Source of the DNA: Macrostomum lignano
Lineage: Eukaryota
Length of the DNA: 64,000 nt
Assembly (NCBI GenBank): GCA_002269645.1
Contig: NIVC01000517.1
Span: 275,043 to 339,042, forward strand
Direction: 5' to 3'
In this document: in pieces, positions 40,602 through 51,743 of the stretch
How positions within the stretch are numbered: position 1 is the stretch's first letter
Layout: every line of letters begins with the position of its first letter
Notes under the pieces: generated by a model
Told to the model about the DNA's origin: nothing
The model's database searches: none
Seen by the model: the letters and a program-made list of their open reading frames with translations, nothing else
Position numbers and translations under genes: made by a program

Positions 40602-42548
40602 ATGAAGCACAAAGCAGCACGTGACAAAGGACAAAAAGACAAAAAGCCTACTAGTCGCCCGCCGAAGACAGTCTCTGCGAACTCGTCGTCACGGACTGCT
40701 GCCGCCGCAGCCGATCGAGGTGCCGACTCCGCTGCGAACTCGTCGTCACAGACTGCTGCCGCCGCAGCCGATCGAGGTGCCGACTCCGCTGCGAACTCGT
40801 CGTCACAGACTGCTGCCGCCGCAGCCGATCGAGGTGCCGACTCCGCTGCGAACTCGTCGTCACAGACTGCTGCCGCCGCAGCCGATCGAGGTGCCGACTC
40901 CGCTGCGAACTCGTCGTCACAGACTGCTGCCGCCGCAGCCGATCGAGGTGCCGACTCCGCTGCGAACTCGTCGTCACAGACTGCTGCCGCCGCAACCAAT
41001 CGAGGTACTACCGACATGGTTCCATACAAGTGTGAGAATACACAGAGGTTCTTCGTCTTTCAGTACGACGAGTATAACGAAAAAACTCAGGTTGTCGGTA
41101 CAAACAGCTCTGCTCCGACACCAGCAATAGTCGCCGTGGCTCGGGACTCCGCACGTCCTGTGACTGTTGGCTGCGTTGTACAAGTTGTCACCGCGAAAAC
41201 AAACCGAAAGACTGCCAGGAAGTACGCCGGCAGACTGATTCGCGGTCCGTTCGCTACAAAAGCAGCTGCGTCAGATGACGCAAATTTGACCAACGTCCAC
41301 GCACAGCCGACAGAGCTGCCCCGAGGGTGCCCTTCCTGTAAGGGGTTTGCGCTTGAGCTGCGAAGAGCCAAGCTCCTGGCTGACGCGCAGAGTGAGTACT
41401 CAGAATTCATAAATTTTGCTCCCCTCTTTAATGACATTTGATGAAATTTGAACTGTTGACTTGCAATTTCAGCCGCTGAGATTAGTGCGGCTCGTGCAGT
41501 CGAAGCCCGCCTGCGACAGGAGTTGAGCGCCCTGCAACAAAACCTTGCCATCGCGGGGAAAATTGAGAAGAGGCTGGTTCACGATCTAGAACTGGAGCGT
41601 TCTAATAAGTTTCTAAATCTGGAGCGTAATGTGAAGGCCACTAACGCGCACATCATCCATGCCTCTGATTGCCTGACGCCCAACTTCGCAGCTGCTCATC
41701 GGGCTGTCGCGACTTCTCCTGAAGACGTCGAAAATTTCGGAGTCAACAGCCCCGACGACGACGTGCAGATGGACGATGAAGAGTCCATCATTTTTCCCGT
41801 CCATTGCGAGCTGTCGGCGTCGCAGACTCGAAGCCTCTTGAATGTGTGCAAAACAGCCTCCGAGGCGGGACCATCGTTCGCACACAGTCACACAGTATCT
41901 GACAGCATGCCGTCGGTAAAGGTGAGCACAGAGCTTCGTGCGTCACTTGACAATCGCTTGCGCGACTTACAGCAGTCACTGCAGATGCCTGTCGACATTG
42001 ACGAACCAGTCGACGAACAGGCACGCCTTTTGGCCCAGCGATCGGCCCGTTTATCCGTCATGAGGGCGTTGTTTAGAGCGTTGTTTACGAACAACGAACT
42101 CGCACACAGCAGCCTATCGGGCCGCAGCTCGTCCGGTTATGTATCCACGAAGGCCAATCCCGGCAAATTGGGTGCCGCCAGGCTCTGGCTGCAGCACGCC
42201 GGTGTCAAGTATGATAGTGGAGATCTGCACAGAGCATTTACCCGCTGCGGCGAAACCGCCAGGCAGAAGTTGGGGCTGCCTAAACGTGTGCGACAGCTGC
42301 AGGCGACCTCCGCGACGGCCCCTAGAGCCCGCCGCATTGCCAAACGTACGGGTAAGGCAGTCGCCAAAGATGCCGTTGACACGGTTGTGCGTGTCATTGG
42401 TGACGATTCGGCCGACGAAGCCCCTGCCAGCAAGATTTTCGGTGCGGCGAGAGAACTTTTCGGCCAGCCGCCAATTAGGGACATCACCGACCTCGAGGGA
42501 GACCAGGAAGACCTACTGAATCTGGTCTCCAAAGTTGGTGACAATTGA
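40602..42548 (+). CDS. Element ORF2: BEN-domain protein, 2 exons, about 621 aa
   Basis: Exons 40602-41391 and 41473-42548 (GTGAGT...TTTCAG, phase 1, 1866 nt). Six 19-aa repeats, CPSC, coiled coil, then RALFRALFTNNELAHSSLSGRS...NPGKL...TRCGETARQK, which fits the BEN consensus as I recall it. Confidence 0.75.
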
Positions 42549-44804
42549 TTAATGACTTCGCAGTGTGGCACTATGGGACCAGTCCAGCTGCATTAATGCT
42601 TGATAATGAACTTGACAATGTCGGGTTTCAGGCGGGCCGGGAAAGCCGCAGAAGAGTAGAAAGTAGGCGGACTGGTATGTTGGAGTTTTGGATAGCGAAT
42701 CGTGGGACGTTGACTCCATTGAGGCGGAGAAGTGAGTGACATATACGTTATAATGTTGAACTTTAGCTACTTTTCATTGTCGTAATAATTAAACTGGCAC
42801 TGGGCCTACAAATATTTTTGCGGCATTCGCCCATGTATGTGTCTGGATAAAAGTTATATAGATCGCCTTACTGTTTCGATTAAAGCCTTTATAATACTCT
42901 GCTATCTGGCCTTATCTTGTTCATACAGATACGAGCAGAATCAAAGCAGGAGCAGCAGCTATAGATAAGGAGCAGGAGCCGTAGCTATAATAGCCACCAC
43001 ACAGTGCAATTTTTGTGCCAAACCTTTGGAAGCCGCTGTAAAGGAGCTCAAATTAAGGCTGAGTAATAAGCATCTAGAATGTACATTATTATCCGACGAC
43101 AGTATACAGGTATCCATGCATTTCATCCGGTTTTGATCCGGAAATGGCTCCGGTTTCTCATCCGGCTGTAACATCAATACATTTCATCTGGAAATGGCTC
43201 CGGTTTCTCATCTGGCTGTAACATCCATACATTTCATCCGGTTTTGATCCGGAAATGACTCTGGTTTCTCATCCGGCTGTAACATCCATACATTTTATCC
43301 GGAAATGGCTCCGGTTTCTCATCTGGCTGCAACATCCATACATTTCATCCGGTTTTCATCCGGAGTTGGCTCCGCTGCCCTATCTGGCTTCCTCCGGATT
43401 ACTTATCGGGCAATAACCGGACACACAGCTGGATACCAAACCGGATAAACGTCATATTTTCAACACTTTCATCTGTTTTGTAAACTTTTCGTCCGGTTTT
43501 CGTCCATTTTTTTGCATGTAAATTTGCTATTCCTGCCGGATTAAACTCTGGACAACACATCAGATAAAAGACAGCTAAATTCAGCCCAGCGGGTAATTAA
43601 AAAAGTTTATAATAAACTAAACATATATTAATAACATTTTTTAATCAAAATTTCCATTAAAAATTATTGAAAATTATTGCAAAAACTCTAATAGATATAT
43701 CATTGTTTTGGTAGATACTTTTTTCAATGAGACTAAATAATAACTTATTATAATTAAAATACAACTATCTTATAAGACAAGAAATAAAACTCATTTGTGA
43801 AGTTGAATGACCTTGTATAGGAGAAATTGATATATTTTATAGAAATTTTCTATTTTGGAATATACTGACATTTATTTAGTTAAGAAAGGATTTTTGTTTT
43901 AGTGTATAACACTTAGGGTCTACACAACCTAGACCAGAGATTGGCAGACATTTTACCTCAGACTAGATAGAGAACCAGGCATGACTGCAGGCCAAAGGAA
44001 GGGAAAGAGGAGAGAGAATAAAGAAGAGAAATAAAAAAGAGATGCAAAAGAATAAAGGAGATAAAAGAAGATAAGATAAAAGATAGATAAAAGGGATTAA
44101 ATAGAAGAGAAGAGAACAAGAAAAGAAAGGAGAGAGAGGAGAAGAGAATGGAGAGGAAAAGGAAGATAAGCGTTGTGCCCTGAAGAATCGCCTTCACTAA
44201 TACTTATTCCTTTAATGTTAGCCTCAATTCTTTATAGTCATCTTTCCTAACCTCAATTTCCCACCAAAGCAGCTAAAGGCCCCAGCTTTCCTATTCTTTC
44301 TTTAAGACCTGCTATGCTTACATCTTATTTCCTAAGTTAAAATACAACTGTTATCTGCAAAGCTTGATAGACAACAATAAGAAGAAAAGAGAAAGGAGAG
44401 GAGAAAAAAGAAGAAAAGAAATGAGAGATGAGAAGAGAGATAAAAAAGGCTGAGAATAAGCATAATTATTGTGCAAGCCAGATTGCTATTGTGAAGTTTC
44501 AAAATGCCTAAGCTAAGGCCAAGCCCAAGGGTTGGATACCATAGTCAAAATCTTCTGGCACAAATTGGCGATTTTTCCAGCATACTCAGTGCATTTGACA
44601 TAAAAGGAAAAATGACAGCCTGCAACTTGGCGCAGTTGGCACATGGGATAGATTCCTTTGATCAGTAAATAATAATAAAATCAAGTAGTCTTCATAATAG
44701 GCCTATATATTTTTGTATTTTTAGAAGTTTTGTTGTTATTGTTGCGACTTTCCTAGTCATTTCTTTAGTTCACCTTTACTCTTACTGTACTTACTCTTTC
44801 ATGT

Positions 44805-45170
<366 letters not shown>

Positions 45171-45304
45171 ATGGCACCCAATGTAAAATAATTCAGTCAA
45201 TATAAATCAATTCAGTAAGGCTGGAAAAGGCCATGCTATGCCATTGTTGTAACCCTGCACCTGTCTTCTAATCTAGCCCTCACTGTCTTCTTGTTTGGCC
45301 CTTG

Positions 45305-45600
45305 CTGCTCATTTGTCTGCCCAGTGCGTGTCCTGTTGTGTCTGCCAGTCCCTTAGTCCCTGGTCTCGATTCATTAGCCAGGGGCACTTCAGTCTTGCTC
45401 CTTGGGAAAATCTGCTCATTTGTCTGACCAGTGCATGTCCTATTGTGTCTGCTGGTCCCTAGTCTCAATTTATTAGCCGGGGGCACTTCAGTCTCGCTCA
45501 TTGGATTGTCTTCTGCTCATTCATCTGCCCAGTGTGCATCCTGCTGTGTCTGCTGGTCCATGGTCTTGATTTGTTTGCTAGGGGCACTTCAGTCTTGCTT
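45305..45600. repeat. Three tandem degenerate units of about 108 bp
   Basis: GCTCATT...TGTGTCTGC...GGGGCACTTCAGTCT occurs three times. Confidence 0.75.
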
Positions 45601-46234
45601 GTTAAATCATCTTGCTTGTGGCGACTTCAGTTCATTCTTCCACCCAGTCAATTTTTGAATTTGCTTCATCTTCATTCATTAACTATAGTATGAGTGTCTT
45701 ATCTCTTTCCTGAACTAATTAATCAAATTTGTTATCATTGTTTTTTTCTTTTTTTTTCAAAATGACAATTATAAAAAAATTAATTAATTTTTTTGGGGGA
45801 GGGTATATACAGTTAGTTTTTTATTGGTTATTAATTAAAGTAGCAAATGAAATTTTTTGGTCTATCTGGCATTCACTCTACCATAGGTTTTGTATTGAAA
45901 TTCATAGTCATTTGTAGTCATAATAAATTGCATTGTTTAATTTACTTAAAAAATTAGATTTTGAACTCTAACTCATAATTTCTTTTGGTACTTGAAAAAA
46001 AGTTAAAAGAACATTTTTGGAAGGAGTGTTGCAACTTACTTAGTCGTTTCTTAAGTTTACCTTCACTTGTCTCTGTTTACTCTATTTTCTCTCTATCTCT
46101 GTCTAGCTCAATCTTGTTATTTTTATCTTTCTCCCTTGTTGCCTTTTGATTAGCTCTCCATTCTCATTTTTCTCTAGTTGCACACTCTATCCCTCTCTTT
46201 ATCTTCAATTCAAACCCTGCAATTTAATGTCCTA

Positions 46235-46406
46235 CATACATGTGCAACCTTGGGAATCACCCGGCCGTTTCCATTGGCAACGCATACATTTAAGTCACTA
46301 TTGGCTGAGAGTAGTCACGTGACTACTATTCCGTCCAATAGTGACTTACATGTGTGTGTTGCCAATAGAAATGGCCAAGTGAATCCCAAGGTTGCGCCCA
46401 AGCATG
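46235..46406 (+). mobile_element. 172-bp palindromic hAT MITE, copy 3
   Basis: Perfect 8-bp TSD ATGTCCTA (46227-46234, 46407-46414); the empty paralogous site TTAATGTCCTATAAATATACT lies at about 45050-45070. Confidence 0.95.
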
Positions 46407-47122
46407 ATGTCCTATAAATATACTGGTTTGGGCCCTGCACCCACTTATTGCTCCTTCTCTCTCAGTATCAACTTAACACTAATTTAAATATTGTTAGTCT
46501 AGTTTTTAGTCTTATTTTCTTGACAATTATAATTTTAATAATTATAATAATAGCTTTCACAACAATTGTTAATTTACCTAACAAAATTTTATGTAACTTT
46601 TATAACAATTGTTAATACTGGTGCATGGTGCAAGTAAAAAAATTGCTTTGGTGCATAGCACATTAGAAAAAAATAGGGGAAATTTATTTTGATGCACATG
46701 GTACACCTACCTGACTAGGCCCTATGGGTTGGATAGAGGCTTTGTAGGCTGCATATAGCTGGCAGGCCAAAGTTTGCCAACCACTGATCTAGACACTAGA
46801 CTGAGCTTAATAAGCAGCTAGGTCTAGCTAACACTTGTCATAATATCATAATCACTATTGGGCACAATTCAAATACTCCAATACTCTAGGCCTAATATTA
46901 ACAATTATCAGTTAATTTTCAGTTAACTTAACAAAATTATAAGTTAATAAATTGAGATTTTTTGTTTTATTGCTAATGCTTTTGCCATTAATGGAAGTTA
47001 AGATTTTCATTAACGTTGCCCAACACTGCTAGGCTATATAAGTATAACATATATACAGTAGAATAACATAGGCCCTAGGCCTACTTGTATAAATTGGCAT
47101 AAACCTAGAACTAGAAGGAAGT

Positions 47123-47754
47123 GGACTTCTTCAAGTTTATGTTTAATTGTTATAATTTGGGTTATAAATTTGGTTATAAGTTTGGGTTATAAATTGGGTT
47201 AAATAAGTTTTGTATTTTTTCTTCAAGTTTATGTTGATATAATTAAACAGAGATTCATTGTCAAATAAATTCCAACTTGTTTCAACCCCCCCCCCCCTAT
47301 TAGAATTGGAATTTATCAACACAATCTTGAATAGGTCTCTATGCCTCTATTCAAGTTTATGTTGATAAAATCAATCCCTATGAAAAATCTCCCCACCCTA
47401 AAACCCCCCATTCCCCATGCGCCATGCCCCGGTGGTTGGTTTTAAGCTACAACCCCCCCCCCCTATTAGAATTGGAATTTATCAGCACAATCTTGAATAG
47501 GTCTCTATGCCTCTATTCAAGTTTATGTTGATAAAATCAATCCCTATGAAGAATCTCCCCACCCTAAACCCCCCCCCCCTATTCCCCATGCCCCGGTGGT
47601 TGGTTTTAAGCTACATATATTTGGGTATAAAGCTACCTAAAAATGGAGCTCAAATTTGAAATCAGCACCATCAAAAACCCCTATAGAGACAAAATTATGA
47701 TCCTATTCCTATCCAAATTGAAACTATTTTATCAACATAAACTTGAAGAAGTCC
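47123..47754. mobile_element. About 630-bp TIR element (MITE-like) with an internal tandem duplication
   Basis: 21-bp perfect inverted repeat GGACTTCTTCAAGTTTATGTT at 47123-47143 and 47734-47754; TSD not resolved. Confidence 0.6.
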
Positions 47755-48840
47755 CTACAAGTTTGAGACAAAATTAGCATATATAGTTTACAAAGCTTAT
47801 AAATTAACACTGAAACCGATGATTACTGTTAACGTAAATATTTTTACTATCAATGTTATTAGAGTAGACAATATTTGACTTAAGTAATGACTCATGACTC
47901 GTGTCATCGTCATCTCATGTAATTGTCTTGTCGACATGATCTACACGATATATTGGAACTACTGCTGTATTAAATTAAAATTATAATATATCTAAAACAG
48001 AAAAAGCGTGAATTTAAATACAGCACCGACGACGGAAGACAAACGCGGTACCTTTTTCTATTAATGGCTATTACGCTAGACTCTGATACAATTGATCTTA
48101 GAAAGTAAATGTAATAAACTTGCGCCAATTTTTTTAATGAGTAAAACAAATTTTACATACTAGTTGCAAGTTTTAAGCTACTAGATGCTTTAATACAAAA
48201 TAAAACTGTTAATCTGCGTTTTTTTAATTAAAAAAAAAACATCTTGAAGAATATTGCTTCCTCTTCCGCAGTTTTTTAGGTGTGAATTCGCATCCGAATT
48301 TCAGATGCGCTTCGATGTGCAAGTTCGAAAGCCAACTCCAAAAAGAAATTTTCAAAAAACAGGATGGGACATTGCATTCTCAGTAAAATTCTATAGAATG
48401 CGTTTTGAAGCTTCGATTAAAACTATCGCATAGTGCGCGCCGATTACATGTATCTCTCAAAAAAATCAGTCTATATACATACTGTATAAGCTAAGGTTCT
48501 ATAAGTTAGGTTACGTATTTGACTGTAAAACTACCATCCCACGGGCAATGGCAGCGTCCAGTACAACAGTCTATATTTTAGTAGGTAGGTGATTACATAC
48601 AATAATCTAAGCAAAATAGCATAAAGATAAGGGTGTGATTTCGCACCTTGTCTCTGGTGAAAAAACCCCAGCGTATAGATCGAACATCATGCAGTTGCAA
48701 TAGTTGCAAAGTAACAGATCACCCCAGCTTCGTTGAAGCAATGAGCAGCAAGCAAGGCTCTAGGCCCATTGCACTAGTCGGAAGGGTCAGTTTAAAAATG
48801 AATTCAGCATATGATTCCGGGCCAGATGAGGGAGGAAACA

Positions 48841-48850
48841 GGAGAAGAGA

Positions 48851-48914
<64 letters not shown>

Positions 48915-49305
48915 AGCTAGGAGAGAGTTGAGAAGAGACAAAACGGGACAACTGTTGGTCAGTCTCTCTGTAGCTCACTCTGTGACTCACTCTGTAGCTC
49001 AACTCTGCAGCTCACTATGCAGCTCAACTCTGTAGCTCACTCTATAGCTCACTCTACAGCTCACTCTGTAGCTCACTCTGCAGCTCACTCTGCAGCTCAC
49101 TCTGCAGCTCACTCTGCAGCTCACTCTGTAGCTCACTCTGTAGCTCGCTCTGCAGCTCGCTCTGCAGCTCACTCTGCAGCTCACTATGCAGCTCAACTCT
49201 GTAGCTCACTCTATAGCTCACTCTACAGCTCACTCTGTAGCTCAACTCTGTAGCTCAACTCTGTAGCTCAACTCTGTAGCTCAACTCTGTAGCTCAACTC
49301 TGTAG
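48841..49305. repeat. (GA)n run followed by a 12-bp repeat (CTCTGTAGCTCA)n
   Basis: Visible tandem units at 48841-48915 and 48966-49305. Confidence 0.93.
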
Positions 49306-50481
49306 CTCCCATTATCCAATCGATTCCCAGTTTTATAAATCTGCCATTCTGTATAGACCTGAATCATCAAAGACTCAAACTTGCTATTTTAAATCAGAGT
49401 TCATCAAGAAAATAAAACTGTATTCAAATTTCTGCGCGCAACACGAGGTTACTGGGAACAAAACGCGCCGATGCAGTGCAGAATCAGTTTTAGATGGTTG
49501 GTTTTGAGTACTAAGGTTAGCTAGATACACAACTGTGTTGAGTAGCTGCAGGTGAGCTTAACACGCACGTGTTCTGCGAAGACACGTGCTTGGAAAATTG
49601 TCAAATAGACAAGAGAGATAAGGGGAGATGCTGGCTTCACAAGAAGCTGCTTTCACGCTTGAATGGCCTGACCTGACCATCTTCAGCTCTATTATAGCTA
49701 TCTTAACTTGCTGCTCAAACTTAGAAAAGAAATTTATTAATTTTCAGCTTCTTCTATAGCTATTCTGCGTGGCCCTGCGGCTGGGGTTAATTTCATTGTT
49801 CAAGCTTCATATCTAGATAGGATCGATAGAAAGAGATGGAGGGAGACGATAAATGGAAAATGCAAAGCAATGCTTGAGAACACGTGCCCCGGGGCATGCA
49901 GCAGCAGTGCCCACGGCAATTTAGGCGGGCATGCAGTCGCCAAAGCAACGATGGTTGTCAGCATACAGTCGCTTGCAGGGCCCATTGTGCGTCAGCTAAA
50001 AGGCACAATACCAGCGGCTCTGTGCTAAACTGTGCGCCCCAATGCTTTCACGATAACTTGGCTCAGCCTCTTCTTAGAATAGCAATAATAAAAACACCCA
50101 CAGATATGCATAGCTCGACAGCCAGTTGAAGAAAAACAGAACCCCGAATTTGAATAGAGAGAGGCTGCTGCTCCGAGCACAATAGAGAGCTAAAAGATGA
50201 GGCTTATCAATTGCTGCCGGGGGGGGGGGGGTTGTTGGAGGAGGCTTCACGAGGTTGCACCGACACGTGGCCCTCGGCTTTCCTCTGCTATGCAGCAGGG
50301 GCTCGTAAACAAGAGAGTTAGCCACCCCCACCCCACCCCGAGCTTGACGAGCATAAAAGCAGACGCGCCGAGCGCCACCTTCCCCCCTTCTTCATCAAGT
50401 CTCTCATACAGACTCTCCGGTTGCTATCTGTCTCTCTCTCTCTGTGTCTCTCTGTGTAGACTAAAAACCCCAGCATCAGCC

Positions 50482-51000
50482 ATGAAACTGCAGCTTGTCC
50501 TGATCGCCGTTTTCGGTTTCCTCATCGCCGGCGCCCTCGCCGCCGAGACCGTCGCCCAGCCGCAGGCCGCCGAGACCGCCGTTGAGCAGCCGGCCGCCGC
50601 CGAGACCAAGGCCGAGGAGGAGCCGGCCGATGAGCTGCCGTCCGAGGTTGCCGAGGCCGCCGACGAGGATCCCGCCGACGAAGATGACGACGCCGCCGAT
50701 GACGAGGAGGAGGCCGCCGACGAGGACGCCGAAGACGACGACGCCGTCGATGATGACGAGGAGGATGCCGCCGACGACGACGCCGCCGATGACGAGGAGG
50801 ACGAGGCCATCGAGGAGCCCGAGGAGGCCGAGGACGGCGTTGACTCCGTCGAGGACCTCGACGACGAGCCAGCTGAGGATGCCGAGTACGATGTGCCCTC
50901 TGAGGAGGCCGAGGCCCCCGCCGCTGCTGAGGCTCCCGCCGCTGCCGAGGCCCCGGCCGCTGCCGAGGCCCCAGCCGCTGCCGAGGAGCAGAAGAAGTGA
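50482..51000 (+). CDS. Secreted, extremely acidic low-complexity protein (172 aa)
   Basis: Acceptor TGTGTAG at 50459, then GCCATG; signal peptide MKLQLVLIAVFGFLIAGALA; about 46% Asp+Glu in the mature part; (EAPAAA)x4 tail; strong C/G-ending codon bias. Confidence 0.85.
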   Translation: MKLQLVLIAVFGFLIAGALAAETVAQPQAAETAVEQPAAAETKAEEEPADELPSEVAEAADEDPADEDDDAADDEEEAADEDAEDDDAVDDDEEDAADDDAADDEEDEAIEEPEEAEDGVDSVEDLDDEPAEDAEYDVPSEEAEAPAAAEAPAAAEAPAAAEAPAAAEEQKK

Positions 51001-51743
51001 ACAGGCTGTCCAGCCATCCCCGCTGGTCCCAAACTGACCGCATACCGTATATAGAAAATTTGTCCTAAGCCCCCAATCTACTGTTAGTAGCATCGCAGAA
51101 AAATTCTTAAAACTCAATTCTATTTGTTTTTTTAAAGTTACCAAAACTCGGCAGGGTTTGAAACTGTCCGAGTCTATGGTCGATCCCCTCCAAACTCCGT
51201 TGTCATGGCAACTGTATCGCAAGACCAAAAAAGTTATTCGCGACGCGTTAGCCAAAACAAAAACTTTTTAACAGTTTTTTAATTATGTGATATTAAATAC
51301 ACTAGCTGCATACGTATAAGCTAAGCAGGTCCTATCACCTGACGACCGACATAATCTAATCTAAACACAAGCGTTTACACATTTTGACTTTAAACAAACC
51401 AGCGATAAATTATCGAACTTAACCATAGGGGTTTCTAGTTTAGTTAATTGTTTTCAAAATAAGCCGAATTAATGCGAAGATGTTCAGGTAAACCATAGGA
51501 GTAAATCTAATGCGATCTAATGCAAACCAAGTATGTAAGTATGTAAATAAGCTCAGTATGTCAGCAGCATATCAGTATGAGCATATGATTGGTTTGTGAA
51601 GCCATTGAATCCAGCAGTGTCTGTGAATTAATGATGCAGATCTCTATTCTGCAGTGCAACTTTAGCTAGTTTCTAATTTTTGAGCAATTATCAAACCAAC
51701 AATACAAATTATCACCAGCATGTACTGAAACCTAATTGCCCCC

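Larger units (their letters stand above)
38447..43593 (+). mobile_element. 5.1-kb TIR DNA transposon, CMC (EnSpm/CACTA-like) type, apparently non-autonomous
   Basis: TA|CCCGCCTGGCTG ... CAGCCCAGCGGG|TA (12-bp TIR with 2 mismatches, TA TSD); dense TCCGG/CCGGA subterminal repeats over about 500 bp at each end; two internal ORF units. Confidence 0.75.

Noticed and set aside
50197-51255. Overlapping antisense and alternate-frame ORFs around the acidic gene (also over TRIM, Smo, serpin and element exons)
   Set aside because: Shadow frames of GC-rich coding sequence with no independent features.
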